A stretch of DNA of 64,000 nucleotides from Minisyncoccia bacterium (GTDB taxonomy: Bacteria; Patescibacteriota; Minisyncoccia; JACQLN01), in the NCBI GenBank assembly GCA_049274895.1, contig JBASTM010000011.1, forward strand, positions 2,011 through 66,010, read 5' to 3'. The notes beneath the pieces were generated by a model. That model was not told the origin of the DNA. It searched no databases and saw only the letters and a program-made list of their open reading frames with translations. The position numbers and the translations under genes are program-made. This document shows positions 55,572 to 64,000 of the stretch, in pieces. Each line of letters starts with the position of its first letter. The stretch's first letter is position 1.

Positions 55572-56955
55572 AAATCTTTCTTCTGAACACGGCTTTTAAA
55601 AAAGCTGTGGTTTTTTTTGTTCCCTCTTTGATTATTTTTTTATCCACCGCGTCAAAAACAAAAAAACTTTTTAAGTCAAACATAAGATAAGAGTGCGACT
55701 TTATTAAGTAAATAAAAAATAGAACTGTGGTTAAGGCGTACGTTAAAACCCACTCTATAGCCGCTCCAGTAACGCCAAATAAAGGCAACAATATAGCCAA
55801 AAATATCGGAGATAGGAGTGATTCATCCAACGACCGAAGAGTGAGAATTTTGATTTCTTTTAACGCCGTAAGCATCATTCTTAAAATCTTGTAAACGCCG
55901 TACAACAAAACTATTCCTGTCATTATCCAAAAAAGATACAGAGACGGAATATATTTAGGAAAAGCGATATATACGATCACAGGAACAACAGCAGCGGAAA
56001 AAAGAGCCAAAACAAACGCCAAAAAAATTGAGTATTTGGTCATACGGGTAAAAATATATTTCATTCTATTTTTATCATCCAACTCCCGAGGTAACAAAGC
56101 CGCCAAGGTGCCAAGAGGCATAAGCCGAACTATCATGGCTATAATGTTTCTCGCGAAAATAAAATAACCCACCGCTTCGGTGTTTAAAAAAATTCTGATC
56201 AGCCACGGGCGCAAGCTGGCCGAAATACGGGACGTCACGAATCTAACACTAAACCAAACTCCGTAATTTTTCAGCAAACCCCTTAAAATAGAAAATTTGA
56301 CTGCAGAAACTCCTTTTAAGGTTTTCGAATAAAGACCCCAAAAACGAAAAGAAGAAAAAGAAAAAGTGGCCAAGTTACCTATAATATAGGCTCCCATAAC
56401 CTGTGTGACGCCAAAACCCTGCCAAAACAAAAAAAACAAGATACTTAAAAACTTAACGGCTTCCCCGAAAACAGGAGCACCGACAAGAGAAAAATTAAGT
56501 CTGCTTTTAAAAAAAAGTTCCAAAGCCGACTGAGCCACTCTAAAAATCAAAACAGAAATCGCCAATTGGAGATATAAAGTTATATTTTGATGATAATAAC
56601 CAGCAACGAATTTAGACCCCAATATAACACAAACACTCAATAACGCGGCCAAACCAACTTTTAAAATAAAATATTCCCAAAAAATCCTCTTAGCCGACGA
56701 TAACTTTTCTTCCTTAAAATATTTACTCAAATCCACCGACACCACAGAATCAACGAACCCTGCCGACAAACTTTCGGCAATGGCGGCCACCGAAATTATA
56801 AGCTGGTACAAACCGTATTCGTAAACACTTAAAAGACCCACTATTAAGAATGAATTTAAAACAGTAGCTCCGTAAAATACCAAACTCCAAAAACCCTCTT
56901 TGGTTTCGCCCTCGATGAATTTTTCCGAAAAAGAATATTTTTTCTCTTTGTTCAT
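55558..56955 (-). CDS. Oligosaccharide/polysaccharide flippase (Wzx, MOP superfamily)
   Basis: 465 aa with about 12-14 TM helices. Polysaccharide biosynthesis protein family. Confidence 0.7.
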   Translation of the reverse strand: MNKEKKYSFSEKFIEGETKEGFWSLVFYGATVLNSFLIVGLLSVYEYGLYQLIISVAAIAESLSAGFVDSVVSVDLSKYFKEEKLSSAKRIFWEYFILKVGLAALLSVCVILGSKFVAGYYHQNITLYLQLAISVLIFRVAQSALELFFKSRLNFSLVGAPVFGEAVKFLSILFFLFWQGFGVTQVMGAYIIGNLATFSFSSFRFWGLYSKTLKGVSAVKFSILRGLLKNYGVWFSVRFVTSRISASLRPWLIRIFLNTEAVGYFIFARNIIAMIVRLMPLGTLAALLPRELDDKNRMKYIFTRMTKYSIFLAFVLALFSAAVVPVIVYIAFPKYIPSLYLFWIMTGIVLLYGVYKILRMMLTALKEIKILTLRSLDESLLSPIFLAILLPLFGVTGAAIEWVLTYALTTVLFFIYLIKSHSYLMFDLKSFFVFDAVDKKIIKEGTKKTTAFLKAVFRRKISRNL

Positions 56956-56959
56956 TAAA

Positions 56960-58018
56960 TTAAATTCTTGAAAATTCCTTAGAAAGAATTTCTATCAAAA
57001 GAGCTAGACTATGTTTCTCGACGGCTATCTCTCTAAGTTCCTTTCCCATTTCCTGTTTCAACTCCTTAGATAAACACAAAAGTTTTATAATCTTTTTCGA
57101 CAAATCGTCGGCGTCATTTTCGTTAAAAAGGCATGTTTCTTTTAATTTAGGCGGGAGAATCCGATCAAATAGTTTATTGGAAACTAAAATAGGCGTCTCG
57201 CAGGCCATGGCCTCGACAACGGCTTTATCGAAACTTCCCGTGGCCGTTAAATTAACGAATACGCCGCTCCTCACGTAAACAAGTGGAGTATCAATGTTCC
57301 TTACCGGTTTCCCAAAAACAACTTTGCCGTCAGCCGTCAAATCAGCGGCCATATTTTTTATTTTTTCCAAATAAACCCGGTTACTTTCGGAAACAGCGGC
57401 GCCAACCACATTAACGACAAAAGAAATATTTTGTCTGTCTAAAATACGGGTAGCCGCCAAAAGACATTCCAAATTTTTTATGGGTGAAACCCGACCAAGA
57501 TACAATACCGAATTTTCTCTACGAACCGAATCCTGATTTCTCTTAAAAAAATCTGTGTCTATACCCACCGGCATCAGGCGTGTTTTTTTAAACCCGGAAA
57601 CGAAAGAAAATGGCGAGGTGCAAAAAACCCGATGCGACAAAAAAATACCTAATTTGGTGGTTAGCGAACCAAGCGGATGGTTGTACCATAAAAACACCTG
57701 TTTTCCTCCTATTTTCCAAAACAAACCGCCCAACAAAATATATAACGGGTTCATGTGCACAAAAACCGAGTTGTAGTCTTTTCTCAGAATCCAAATATAT
57801 TTGTAAAAAAGAAATACTCGCCTCCAACGGCTAGATCCATATTCCTTTCTTAAAGAAAAAACCCGAACATTAACAGGGAGTTCGGTTCGACCTTGATAAA
57901 GACAGATCACGTTGATTCTATCTACCTTTCTAGATAACTCTTCTATCCAGCGGTGGTAAACACCTAAAACGTCGTCGTTTTTATCTACCTTTTGGGTTAT
58001 AAACAATAATTTGATCAT
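56960..58018 (-). CDS. GT4 glycosyltransferase
   Basis: 352 aa with RVSPIKN...VVEAMACETPILVS. Confidence 0.75.
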   Translation of the reverse strand: MIKLLFITQKVDKNDDVLGVYHRWIEELSRKVDRINVICLYQGRTELPVNVRVFSLRKEYGSSRWRRVFLFYKYIWILRKDYNSVFVHMNPLYILLGGLFWKIGGKQVFLWYNHPLGSLTTKLGIFLSHRVFCTSPFSFVSGFKKTRLMPVGIDTDFFKRNQDSVRRENSVLYLGRVSPIKNLECLLAATRILDRQNISFVVNVVGAAVSESNRVYLEKIKNMAADLTADGKVVFGKPVRNIDTPLVYVRSGVFVNLTATGSFDKAVVEAMACETPILVSNKLFDRILPPKLKETCLFNENDADDLSKKIIKLLCLSKELKQEMGKELREIAVEKHSLALLIEILSKEFSRI

Positions 58019-58047
58019 ATCATCAAGACATCACATCAAAAAGGAGC

Positions 58048-58929
58048 TTAGATAAGCTCCTTGTAGTGTTTCTTGTACCAGCTTACCGTCCGTTTCATTC
58101 CCGCCTCCAATGGGGTAAACTTAAACTTGCCGATCCACTTATACAATGTACTCGTATCTCCTTGTATGACTGCCTTTGAAGTCTCACCAGCTCTCATTGG
58201 TAAGAATTCAATCTTAGCTTTAAGTATATCTGCTATTAATTTTGCAACCTTGATCAACGGCTCGCCCTTACCACTACCGGAATCGATAACTTCTGTGGCT
58301 ACTTTATCCAATTCTAAAGCACGAACTAAAATCTCAGCTGTATCACCGGCGTAAACCAAGTCCACCAACTGACTGCCATCGCCGTAAACCTGAAGCGGTT
58401 GGCCTTGCAAAGCCCTGATTATAAAACTGGGCGCGAATTTGCGAACAGGCTTGAACTTCTGACCTTCTCCATACACATTAAAACCTCTGACAACATTTAT
58501 ATGCGTGCCAAATTCTCGGTTATATAAAAAGGCAAAATCTTTGGCCGTCCTCTTAGTTATAGCATAAGGATTATGCCAAACATCGGGCAAGGTTATGTAA
58601 ACGCATTTTTTGCCGTATTTTTTAACCGCTTCGAAAACGTTCAATGTTCCTAAAATATTGACTTCGTTGGTTTCGATAATATGTTGAAGTGTTTCGGCTG
58701 TACCTAAAATCCCAGCCAGATGTATTACCCCATCACATTCAAAAACAGCTTGATCCACGGCATTTTTGTCGCGAATATCGGCCACAAAATTTTGAACCCC
58801 TGGTGCTGATTTAATAACCTTGCGATCGAAACTCACCACTTGGCAACCACGATCTAATAATTTTTGTATAACATGGCTACCGATAAAACCTTGGCCTCCC
58901 GTCACTAAAACTTTTTTTAAATTACTCAT
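58048..58929 (-). CDS. NAD-dependent nucleotide-sugar epimerase/dehydratase (SDR family)
   Basis: 293 aa with VLVTGGQGFIGSHV and YxxxK. Confidence 0.8.
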   Translation of the reverse strand: MSNLKKVLVTGGQGFIGSHVIQKLLDRGCQVVSFDRKVIKSAPGVQNFVADIRDKNAVDQAVFECDGVIHLAGILGTAETLQHIIETNEVNILGTLNVFEAVKKYGKKCVYITLPDVWHNPYAITKRTAKDFAFLYNREFGTHINVVRGFNVYGEGQKFKPVRKFAPSFIIRALQGQPLQVYGDGSQLVDLVYAGDTAEILVRALELDKVATEVIDSGSGKGEPLIKVAKLIADILKAKIEFLPMRAGETSKAVIQGDTSTLYKWIGKFKFTPLEAGMKRTVSWYKKHYKELI

Positions 58930-60052
58930 AATTTTTTTGAGTTAAAGCGTTTGTGAGCGCTTGATAATATAACTTTAAATAAACCTCTTTGGTAATAAAA
59001 CCAACCGCCATGGCTAGCGATTGTTTTTTAAATATTGCCAGTTTACCCGCATCAGAAGCCAATTCTATCAATTTATCGGCCAATTGTCTATAATCTCCAA
59101 CCAGGACCACAAAACCATTTTTGCCGTTTATGATGGTTTCGCCGGCTGGGGCGACATCGGTCATCACGACCGGCAAACCCGAAGCCATAGCCTCCGCCGG
59201 CGAACGCGCCCCGCCTTCGTAATTAGAAGTTAATAAAAACAAGTCAGCTGTCCTGTAATAGGATATTATGTCATCCGACCAGTTTTCCATGACAACATCC
59301 TCTTGTAATTTGAGGCCTAAGATCTGTGACTTAATATTTGTGTGTTCGGGACCAGAGCCGACAATAAGTAAAAGGGCTTGAGGGCATACCTTAACCACCT
59401 CGGCCATCGCTCTAATTGCCAAACCAATATTTTTTTCTCTGGCTAACCGGGTAGCCATAAGAATTATAAATCTGTCCGGGTATTTTCTGCGCAAGTCAAT
59501 CTTGACCGCACCGGTTTTAAATCTCTCCATATCGTAAACTATAGGCAAAACTGTAATCTTGGAGCTTAGGACTTGAAGTTCGAAGCACAAAGAATCCTTG
59601 ATGCGTTCCGAAACCACACGAAGCCCATCAGCCTTTTTAACCAACCACTTACCTAAAACGACTTTGATTTTGTTCCTTACGGACTCTTGTTGAAAATACA
59701 GACTCAAAAAATCTGTGTGGACCTGGAGTTGTAAGGGTAAATTAAACTTTTTCTTTAGTAAGTAAGCAATTAGACCAAGTTCAAACGGGTCCTGTGAGGT
59801 AATTACCAACCGGGAAATTGAAACACGGGGGAATTGAGAAATTAATTTAGCACCGGTTCTAAAGATTTTTATATAACCATTGGCCGGGTAAATAAAAACG
59901 TTTCCAAAATTTTGATTTTTGGTCTTTGATTTTTGGTTTTTAACAATAATATGTAGTTCCTCCACCAGCTTTCCGTAATCTCTCATCCTCTGCCGAACTT
60001 CCGATCCCTCAATAAATATATTCTCGTCGGTTGATAGCATTAAGACTTTCAT
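58922..60052 (-). CDS. GT4 glycosyltransferase
   Basis: 376 aa with YEGGARSPAEAMASGLPVVMT. Confidence 0.8.
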   Translation of the reverse strand: MKVLMLSTDENIFIEGSEVRQRMRDYGKLVEELHIIVKNQKSKTKNQNFGNVFIYPANGYIKIFRTGAKLISQFPRVSISRLVITSQDPFELGLIAYLLKKKFNLPLQLQVHTDFLSLYFQQESVRNKIKVVLGKWLVKKADGLRVVSERIKDSLCFELQVLSSKITVLPIVYDMERFKTGAVKIDLRRKYPDRFIILMATRLAREKNIGLAIRAMAEVVKVCPQALLLIVGSGPEHTNIKSQILGLKLQEDVVMENWSDDIISYYRTADLFLLTSNYEGGARSPAEAMASGLPVVMTDVAPAGETIINGKNGFVVLVGDYRQLADKLIELASDAGKLAIFKKQSLAMAVGFITKEVYLKLYYQALTNALTQKNYE

Positions 60053-60702
60053 TATTTTTCCAAAACAAAAAACAACCTGTAACCGTCCAAGACCGGCCTG
60101 ATGATTTTAATCTTCTTAAAATGACTTTTAAGTATCTTTTTAACCTTACCTAATCGCCAGTTATAACCGTCTATTTCCCAATAATGTTGCCCTGATATTT
60201 TTATGCCGCCGAATTTTAACGGTATCCTTAGAAACAAACTTAAAAGATTACTCCTTAAAAAAGTCCTGATGCCGGGAAACTTAAAAATAATTTCCCAACC
60301 GGTGGAACGGTACGGCAAAGAGATAACGGCGTATCGGGAACTGACACGCTTGATCTCCAAAAGATCTTTCTCAAACTCACCGAAAGGCAAGTGCTCCAGA
60401 ACCTCAAAAGCGGTTACCACCCGAAAGGAATCGGCCCCGAAAGGCAACTCTCTTATATCAGCCACATGGTCGGGGTTGAGTTTAGGGTCAAAATCGCAGG
60501 TAACCACGCTAAAACCGGCCGTTTTTAAGCAATTAGAGGCCATCCCCGAACCCACACCCACCTCCAAAATGCCGTCTTTGGCCTTGTCTTTAACCAACTG
60601 CGAGACTAAGTCTATTTGATAAAAATACGAAATAAACCGTTCCAAGGTGTTGTACTTGGGCTTAAAATAATGCTCTTTGTTTTTTTGGGGTTTTAATTCC
60701 AT
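60052..60702 (-). CDS. Class I SAM methyltransferase
   Basis: 216 aa with ILEVGVGSGMAS. Confidence 0.7.
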   Translation of the reverse strand: MELKPQKNKEHYFKPKYNTLERFISYFYQIDLVSQLVKDKAKDGILEVGVGSGMASNCLKTAGFSVVTCDFDPKLNPDHVADIRELPFGADSFRVVTAFEVLEHLPFGEFEKDLLEIKRVSSRYAVISLPYRSTGWEIIFKFPGIRTFLRSNLLSLFLRIPLKFGGIKISGQHYWEIDGYNWRLGKVKKILKSHFKKIKIIRPVLDGYRLFFVLEK

Positions 60703-62942
60703 TTTTGAATCAAATTTACCAGCTCTCGAATCGTGTTTTCTATAGAGAATTTTTGAGCTTTGGTTTTGGCTTTTTCAGAAATACTCTCTCTAAAATTTTT
60801 ATCTTTACCCAGCTTATCTATGGCATCCAAAAATTGTTTTTTATCGTTCGGCTCCACCAATATGCCATCCACTCCGTTTTCTATAATCTCCGAAAGATTG
60901 CCGATATTGGTGGCAATAACCGGCAAACCCACACTCATCGCTTCTACTATTTGAAATGAAAAACTTTCAAAGTGGGTGTTAAGAACGAATACCTCGGCTT
61001 CTTGTAATTTCCGCATGAGTTCTTCTCTTGGAATCTGACCCAAAAGTTCCACCCGATCTTGTAATTTGAGATTTGAGATTTGAGATTTGAGATTGGTATG
61101 CTCCGGTCCATCTCCGGCGATAACTAATTTCCACTCCGGCAAGTCCCGCATCAATTCTACCAAAAAACCAAAACCCTTCCACGGCACCAATCTCCCAGCC
61201 GATATGATAACTTTTGGTTTAGAGTGAGTAGCTGGTAGTGAGTAGCTGGTAGTCAAGTCTATACCATTATAGATAACCTTAATCTTGTTGGGATTTCTGA
61301 CCCATTTTGAAACCAACTGTCGAAAATACTTACTGGGCGTAATTACTATATTGGCTTGATCCACCACAAACCTTTGAACCCAACGCAAAAACTCCACTTT
61401 CCAGCCGTATTGTTTGTTTTGAAAATCGTCTATGGAATCTTTGACTCCGAAACGCTGGGTTGATTGCTCCCAAACGTAATCGCCCGGTACTCTTATTATA
61501 AACTTTTTCCGGCATAATTTGGCGGCGAGAAGCGACGGCAAGCCGACGCTGATGGTGTCTTGGGCTAAAACCCAATCGTGCCCGGGGCACAACCGTAACG
61601 ATTTTATAAAATAAAAAAAATGGCGCAGCCCTTTCGGCCAGTTTCTGACGGCCCGAAACGGCAACACGGTTACGCTAATACCGCATTGAGGCAGCTCTCG
61701 CTCCAATAAAGCGGCGTAAGTGGCCGGACCGCCGACCTCCGGCGGATAAATGCCGGTGGCGAGCAATAGTTTTTTAGTGAGTAGTGAGTAGTGAGTAGTG
61801 AGTAAACCGAAAATTTTATTCATTTTATGGGCTATCGGATTCCAAGAATATTTTTCTTTAACCAGCTTCTGGCCATTCTCGGATAACCGGCGGGACAGCT
61901 CGGGATTGTTTGCTATTCTTGTTATCTTTTCGGCTAAATCTTTGGGATCATCAACTCGGCAAAATAGTCCATTGTCATCATCTTTAAGAAAGTCGGGAAT
62001 GCCCCCAACCGAAGTTCCGATGACCGGAAGGCCGGCTGCCATAGCTTCCAAAAATGAATTGCCCAAACCCTCCGAACGCGAGGGACGTACAAAAACATCG
62101 GCTTGGGATAAATACTCTGGAATCAAATCGGGATCAACCTGGCCGACGAATTTGACCCTGTCGGCAACATCCAAATCTTTGGCCAGTTTTTCCAACTTTA
62201 ATCTATCCGGACCATCGCCAACGATAATAGTTTGTAGTTGGTAGTTGGTAGTTGGTAGTAAAGAAATGGCGCGGATGAGAGTATCAATCCCATTTTTATA
62301 AACCAACCGCGAAGTGGTAATGATTGTATAAGTCTTATCAGACTTATGGGTCTTATTGGTCTTATATGAATCTAAATTAACCCCGTTGGGTACAACCTCC
62401 ATGGGGCAGGTTGCCCCATGCCTACGGGCAAAATCGGCAAGGTACCCGCTAATGGCCTGGATGTGATCAGCATTCTTAAATATCAGCCGCCATAATGGGT
62501 AAAATACGCCTACTCGCTTGAGTATATGCTGTTCCGAATCGCCTTCCTGCAAGGTCAAAAGCGTTGGAACCTTTGGATGCAAAAATTTGAAAAATAACCC
62601 CGCCAGACCGGCATAAGCGGCCATAACGGACCAAACAATCTGATAGTTATTTTGACGGTGAAGTTTTCTAGCTAACAACACGGCCTTTAAGGGGTATGTT
62701 AATTTGGTTCCACTGACTCTGTAGACATTCACCTTACCCATGACCTCCTTGACTTCATGACTTCTACTGAATTGCAGAGATATTAGATCGAAATTAAAAT
62801 CACCGCTCAAGCGGCTGGTAATCTCTTTAACGGCTATCTCGGCGCCCCCGACCATAGGAAAATAGGCCAGAGAAAAAATCAAAACCCGCGGCTTCTGATG
62901 GGTCATAACATTAAAACCATCGGCGCGCGGGTTAAATAACAT
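60693..62942 (-). CDS. Double GT4 glycosyltransferase (two complete GT4 modules fused) containing four heptanucleotide repeat tracts
   Basis: 749 aa. The EX7E-type motifs are SRSEGLGNSFLEAMAAGLPVIGT and HFESFSFQIVEAMSVGLPVIAT. Confidence 0.8.
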   Translation of the reverse strand: MLFNPRADGFNVMTHQKPRVLIFSLAYFPMVGGAEIAVKEITSRLSGDFNFDLISLQFSRSHEVKEVMGKVNVYRVSGTKLTYPLKAVLLARKLHRQNNYQIVWSVMAAYAGLAGLFFKFLHPKVPTLLTLQEGDSEQHILKRVGVFYPLWRLIFKNADHIQAISGYLADFARRHGATCPMEVVPNGVNLDSYKTNKTHKSDKTYTIITTSRLVYKNGIDTLIRAISLLPTTNYQLQTIIVGDGPDRLKLEKLAKDLDVADRVKFVGQVDPDLIPEYLSQADVFVRPSRSEGLGNSFLEAMAAGLPVIGTSVGGIPDFLKDDDNGLFCRVDDPKDLAEKITRIANNPELSRRLSENGQKLVKEKYSWNPIAHKMNKIFGLLTTHYSLLTKKLLLATGIYPPEVGGPATYAALLERELPQCGISVTVLPFRAVRNWPKGLRHFFYFIKSLRLCPGHDWVLAQDTISVGLPSLLAAKLCRKKFIIRVPGDYVWEQSTQRFGVKDSIDDFQNKQYGWKVEFLRWVQRFVVDQANIVITPSKYFRQLVSKWVRNPNKIKVIYNGIDLTTSYSLPATHSKPKVIISAGRLVPWKGFGFLVELMRDLPEWKLVIAGDGPEHTNLKSQISNLKLQDRVELLGQIPREELMRKLQEAEVFVLNTHFESFSFQIVEAMSVGLPVIATNIGNLSEIIENGVDGILVEPNDKKQFLDAIDKLGKDKNFRESISEKAKTKAQKFSIENTIRELVNLIQKWN
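61064..61094. repeat. (ATTTGAG)x4 heptamer tandem repeat inside the double-GT4 CDS
   Basis: Reads atttgagatttgagatttgagatttgagatt and encodes NLKSQISNLK. Confidence 0.85.
61224..61251. repeat. (GTGAGTAGCTGGTA)x2, which is two heptamer pairs, inside the double-GT4 CDS
   Basis: Reads gtgagtagctggtagtgagtagctggta. Confidence 0.85.
61777..61804. repeat. (GTGAGTA)x4 heptamer tandem repeat inside the double-GT4 CDS (inter-module linker)
   Basis: Reads gtgagtagtgagtagtgagtagtgagta and encodes LLTTHYSLL. Confidence 0.85.
62234..62259. repeat. (GTAGTTG)x3.7 heptamer tandem repeat inside the double-GT4 CDS
   Basis: Reads gtagttggtagttggtagttggtagt and encodes LPTTNYQLQT. Confidence 0.85.
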
Positions 62943-63740
62943 CTACTTTAACCGGTCAATTTCCTCGGCTACACCCGGCTGGTCGGGCGAAAGTTTAAGC
63001 ACTTCTTGATAGTATTTGAGAGCGTTAGTTTTATCGCCCTCATCACGGTAATAGGTAGCCAAAGCCAACATTAAATTAACATCTTTGATTACACTTATAC
63101 CCTCCAATAAAATCTTGGGCGCTTCCGATTTTTTAGCCGTATAAACATTCTTATAGAAATCGGCGAAACCAATATAATAACCTACCTGGTAAGGATCATT
63201 GGCTATAGCTTTCTTAAAGTTAAACTCGGCTCTGGCATTATCGTGCAAATAGAACCCGTAGAGATTGCCTAAGTTAGCAAAAGAAAGAGCGTTGGCCGGA
63301 TACAAAATGCCGGCATATTCCCAAGCGTCGCGCGCGCCCTCAAAATCGTTAAAAAACTTTTTTATAACTCCCACCGCGATCCAATCATCCACTCCGGCTG
63401 GACCAGTAGCATCCGCCGCTAAAACCACGGCCAACACCTTTAAATCTCCTCGTTGTTTTTCTATTAGTTCTTGCGGTGCGCTAAAACCTTTACCAAAACG
63501 AATTTCACCAATAGGCCGTCCCAAGTAAATAGGAACTTGGGGATTAGCTGAACCAGGAGAATAATAAGATTCTTTATTTACCATTGCGTTATCTACGGAA
63601 CTAGTGTTATTTAGTTCAGGAATATTATTGTTAGAAGTTGGTACATCGGGAGTCTTCAACAGTTGATTCGCACCAACCACAACAACTATAGCCGAGACAA
63701 GACCTAAAACTACTAGTATTTTTCTGTTTATTATAAACAT
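62943..63740 (-). CDS. TPR-repeat protein with N-terminal TM anchor
   Basis: The start is placed at MFIINRKILVVLGLV. The ORF-track start is 63848. TPR-like repeats occupy the C-terminal half. Confidence 0.6.
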   Translation of the reverse strand: MFIINRKILVVLGLVSAIVVVVGANQLLKTPDVPTSNNNIPELNNTSSVDNAMVNKESYYSPGSANPQVPIYLGRPIGEIRFGKGFSAPQELIEKQRGDLKVLAVVLAADATGPAGVDDWIAVGVIKKFFNDFEGARDAWEYAGILYPANALSFANLGNLYGFYLHDNARAEFNFKKAIANDPYQVGYYIGFADFYKNVYTAKKSEAPKILLEGISVIKDVNLMLALATYYRDEGDKTNALKYYQEVLKLSPDQPGVAEEIDRLK

Positions 63741-63764
63741 ATCAAGAATAGAATTATAACCAAA

Positions 63765-63807
63765 CCACACAAAAAAACAACCCCTCCGATATAGATCGGA
63801 GGGGTTG
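63765..63807 (-). terminator. Rho-independent terminator
   Basis: Minus strand reads caacccctccgatctatatcggaggggttg followed by ttttttt. Confidence 0.75.
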
Positions 63808-63861
63808 TTTCCTAGCTCTTCTCCAGCACAAGGCAAGGAGAAGCACAAGTTAGCTAGACTA

Positions 63862-64000
63862 ACTAGTTCAAGGTTACGGTCTCAACCACACCGGCATCGC
63901 TGTTAGAAAGACCGGGTACTAAGAATCCATTGAACCAATCGTAAGAGTTGATGGACTGCGAAGTGTTGGTTGAATTACCGGACCAGATAAAATCATCATC
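63862..64000 (-). CDS. C-terminal fragment of an upstream minus-strand gene (unknown product)
   Basis: The open frame runs to the window edge and ends ...AGVVETVTLN stop. Confidence 0.35.

Noticed and set aside
61064-62259. Heptamer tracts considered as a CRISPR array or minisatellite
   Set aside because: The units are 7 nt with no spacers and lie inside an intact CDS, preserving the frame. There are no cas genes. I treated them as intragenic slipped-strand-type repeats instead.
1-64000. Mobile elements, integrases, transposases, CRISPR-Cas, toxin-antitoxin, pilin genes
   Set aside because: No ORF in the window carries transposase DDE, integrase, Cas or pilin N-terminal (G-F/M-T-L-I-E) signatures.

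Overview
The window looks like a contiguous segment of a small, gene-dense genome with Candidate Phyla Radiation (CPR, Patescibacteria) characteristics: ATGA start/stop overlaps, a type IV pilus system with no secretin gene, ComFC, and sparse Shine-Dalgarno signals. That lineage call is an inference from gene content. Almost every gene is on the minus strand. (1) Positions 1-7250 hold a type IV pilus / competence locus: pilM, pilN-like, pilO-like, a small membrane gene, pilB, a stand-alone REC response regulator, pilT and pilC (truncated by the window edge). comFC is divergent from pilM at 7357-8034. (2) Positions 8539-13445 hold translation genes fusA-rpsG-rpsL, a roughly 400-nt structured non-coding region, an M50 protease, rpmB (L28) and tRNA-Pro(GGG). 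(3) From 15385 to about 63740, a roughly 48-kb almost uninterrupted minus-strand super-operon encodes cell-envelope glycopolymer biosynthesis. It contains a polyprenyl-phosphate sugar transferase (the initiating enzyme), an O-antigen-ligase-TPR protein and a Wzx flippase. It has two NeuA-like cytidylyltransferases, a NeuC-like hydrolysing 2-epimerase and two NeuB-like nonulosonic acid synthases. It has four paralogous TagF-like glycerophosphotransferases, five GT4 modules (one a double-GT4 fusion), two GT2 (one fused to a methyltransferase), and six more stand-alone methyltransferases (seven methyltransferase domains in all with the MT-GT2 fusion; three contiguous on the minus strand at 50461-52052, one on the plus-strand island at 53473-54225, plus 44947, 60052 and the MT-GT2 fusion at 30172). 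It also has a B12-radical-SAM enzyme, a GHMP kinase, a CE4 deacetylase, an AsnB-like amidotransferase, a sulfotransferase, and two paralogous large multi-pass membrane proteins. The most unusual gene is a 930-aa fusion of a pyruvate-kinase catalytic domain to ATP sulfurylase and APS kinase, which would be a PEP-driven PAPS synthase feeding the sulfotransferase. Other notable signals: two families of conserved 5' elements sit immediately upstream of start codons, one being ATTCGTA repeat arrays and the other a roughly 100-nt leader whose hairpin shows compensatory base changes between copies. Four 7-nt x4 tandem repeat tracts lie inside the double-GT4 gene, making it a slipped-strand phase-variation candidate. 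A 32-nt perfect palindrome sits 9 nt upstream of rpsL, and a repeat-structured intercistronic region separates rpsL and rpsG. A terminator-delimited structured RNA candidate of unknown class lies upstream of rpsL. Two palindromic terminators share a GAGATnGCGATCGCnATCTC core. No transposase, integrase, CRISPR array or pilin gene was seen.
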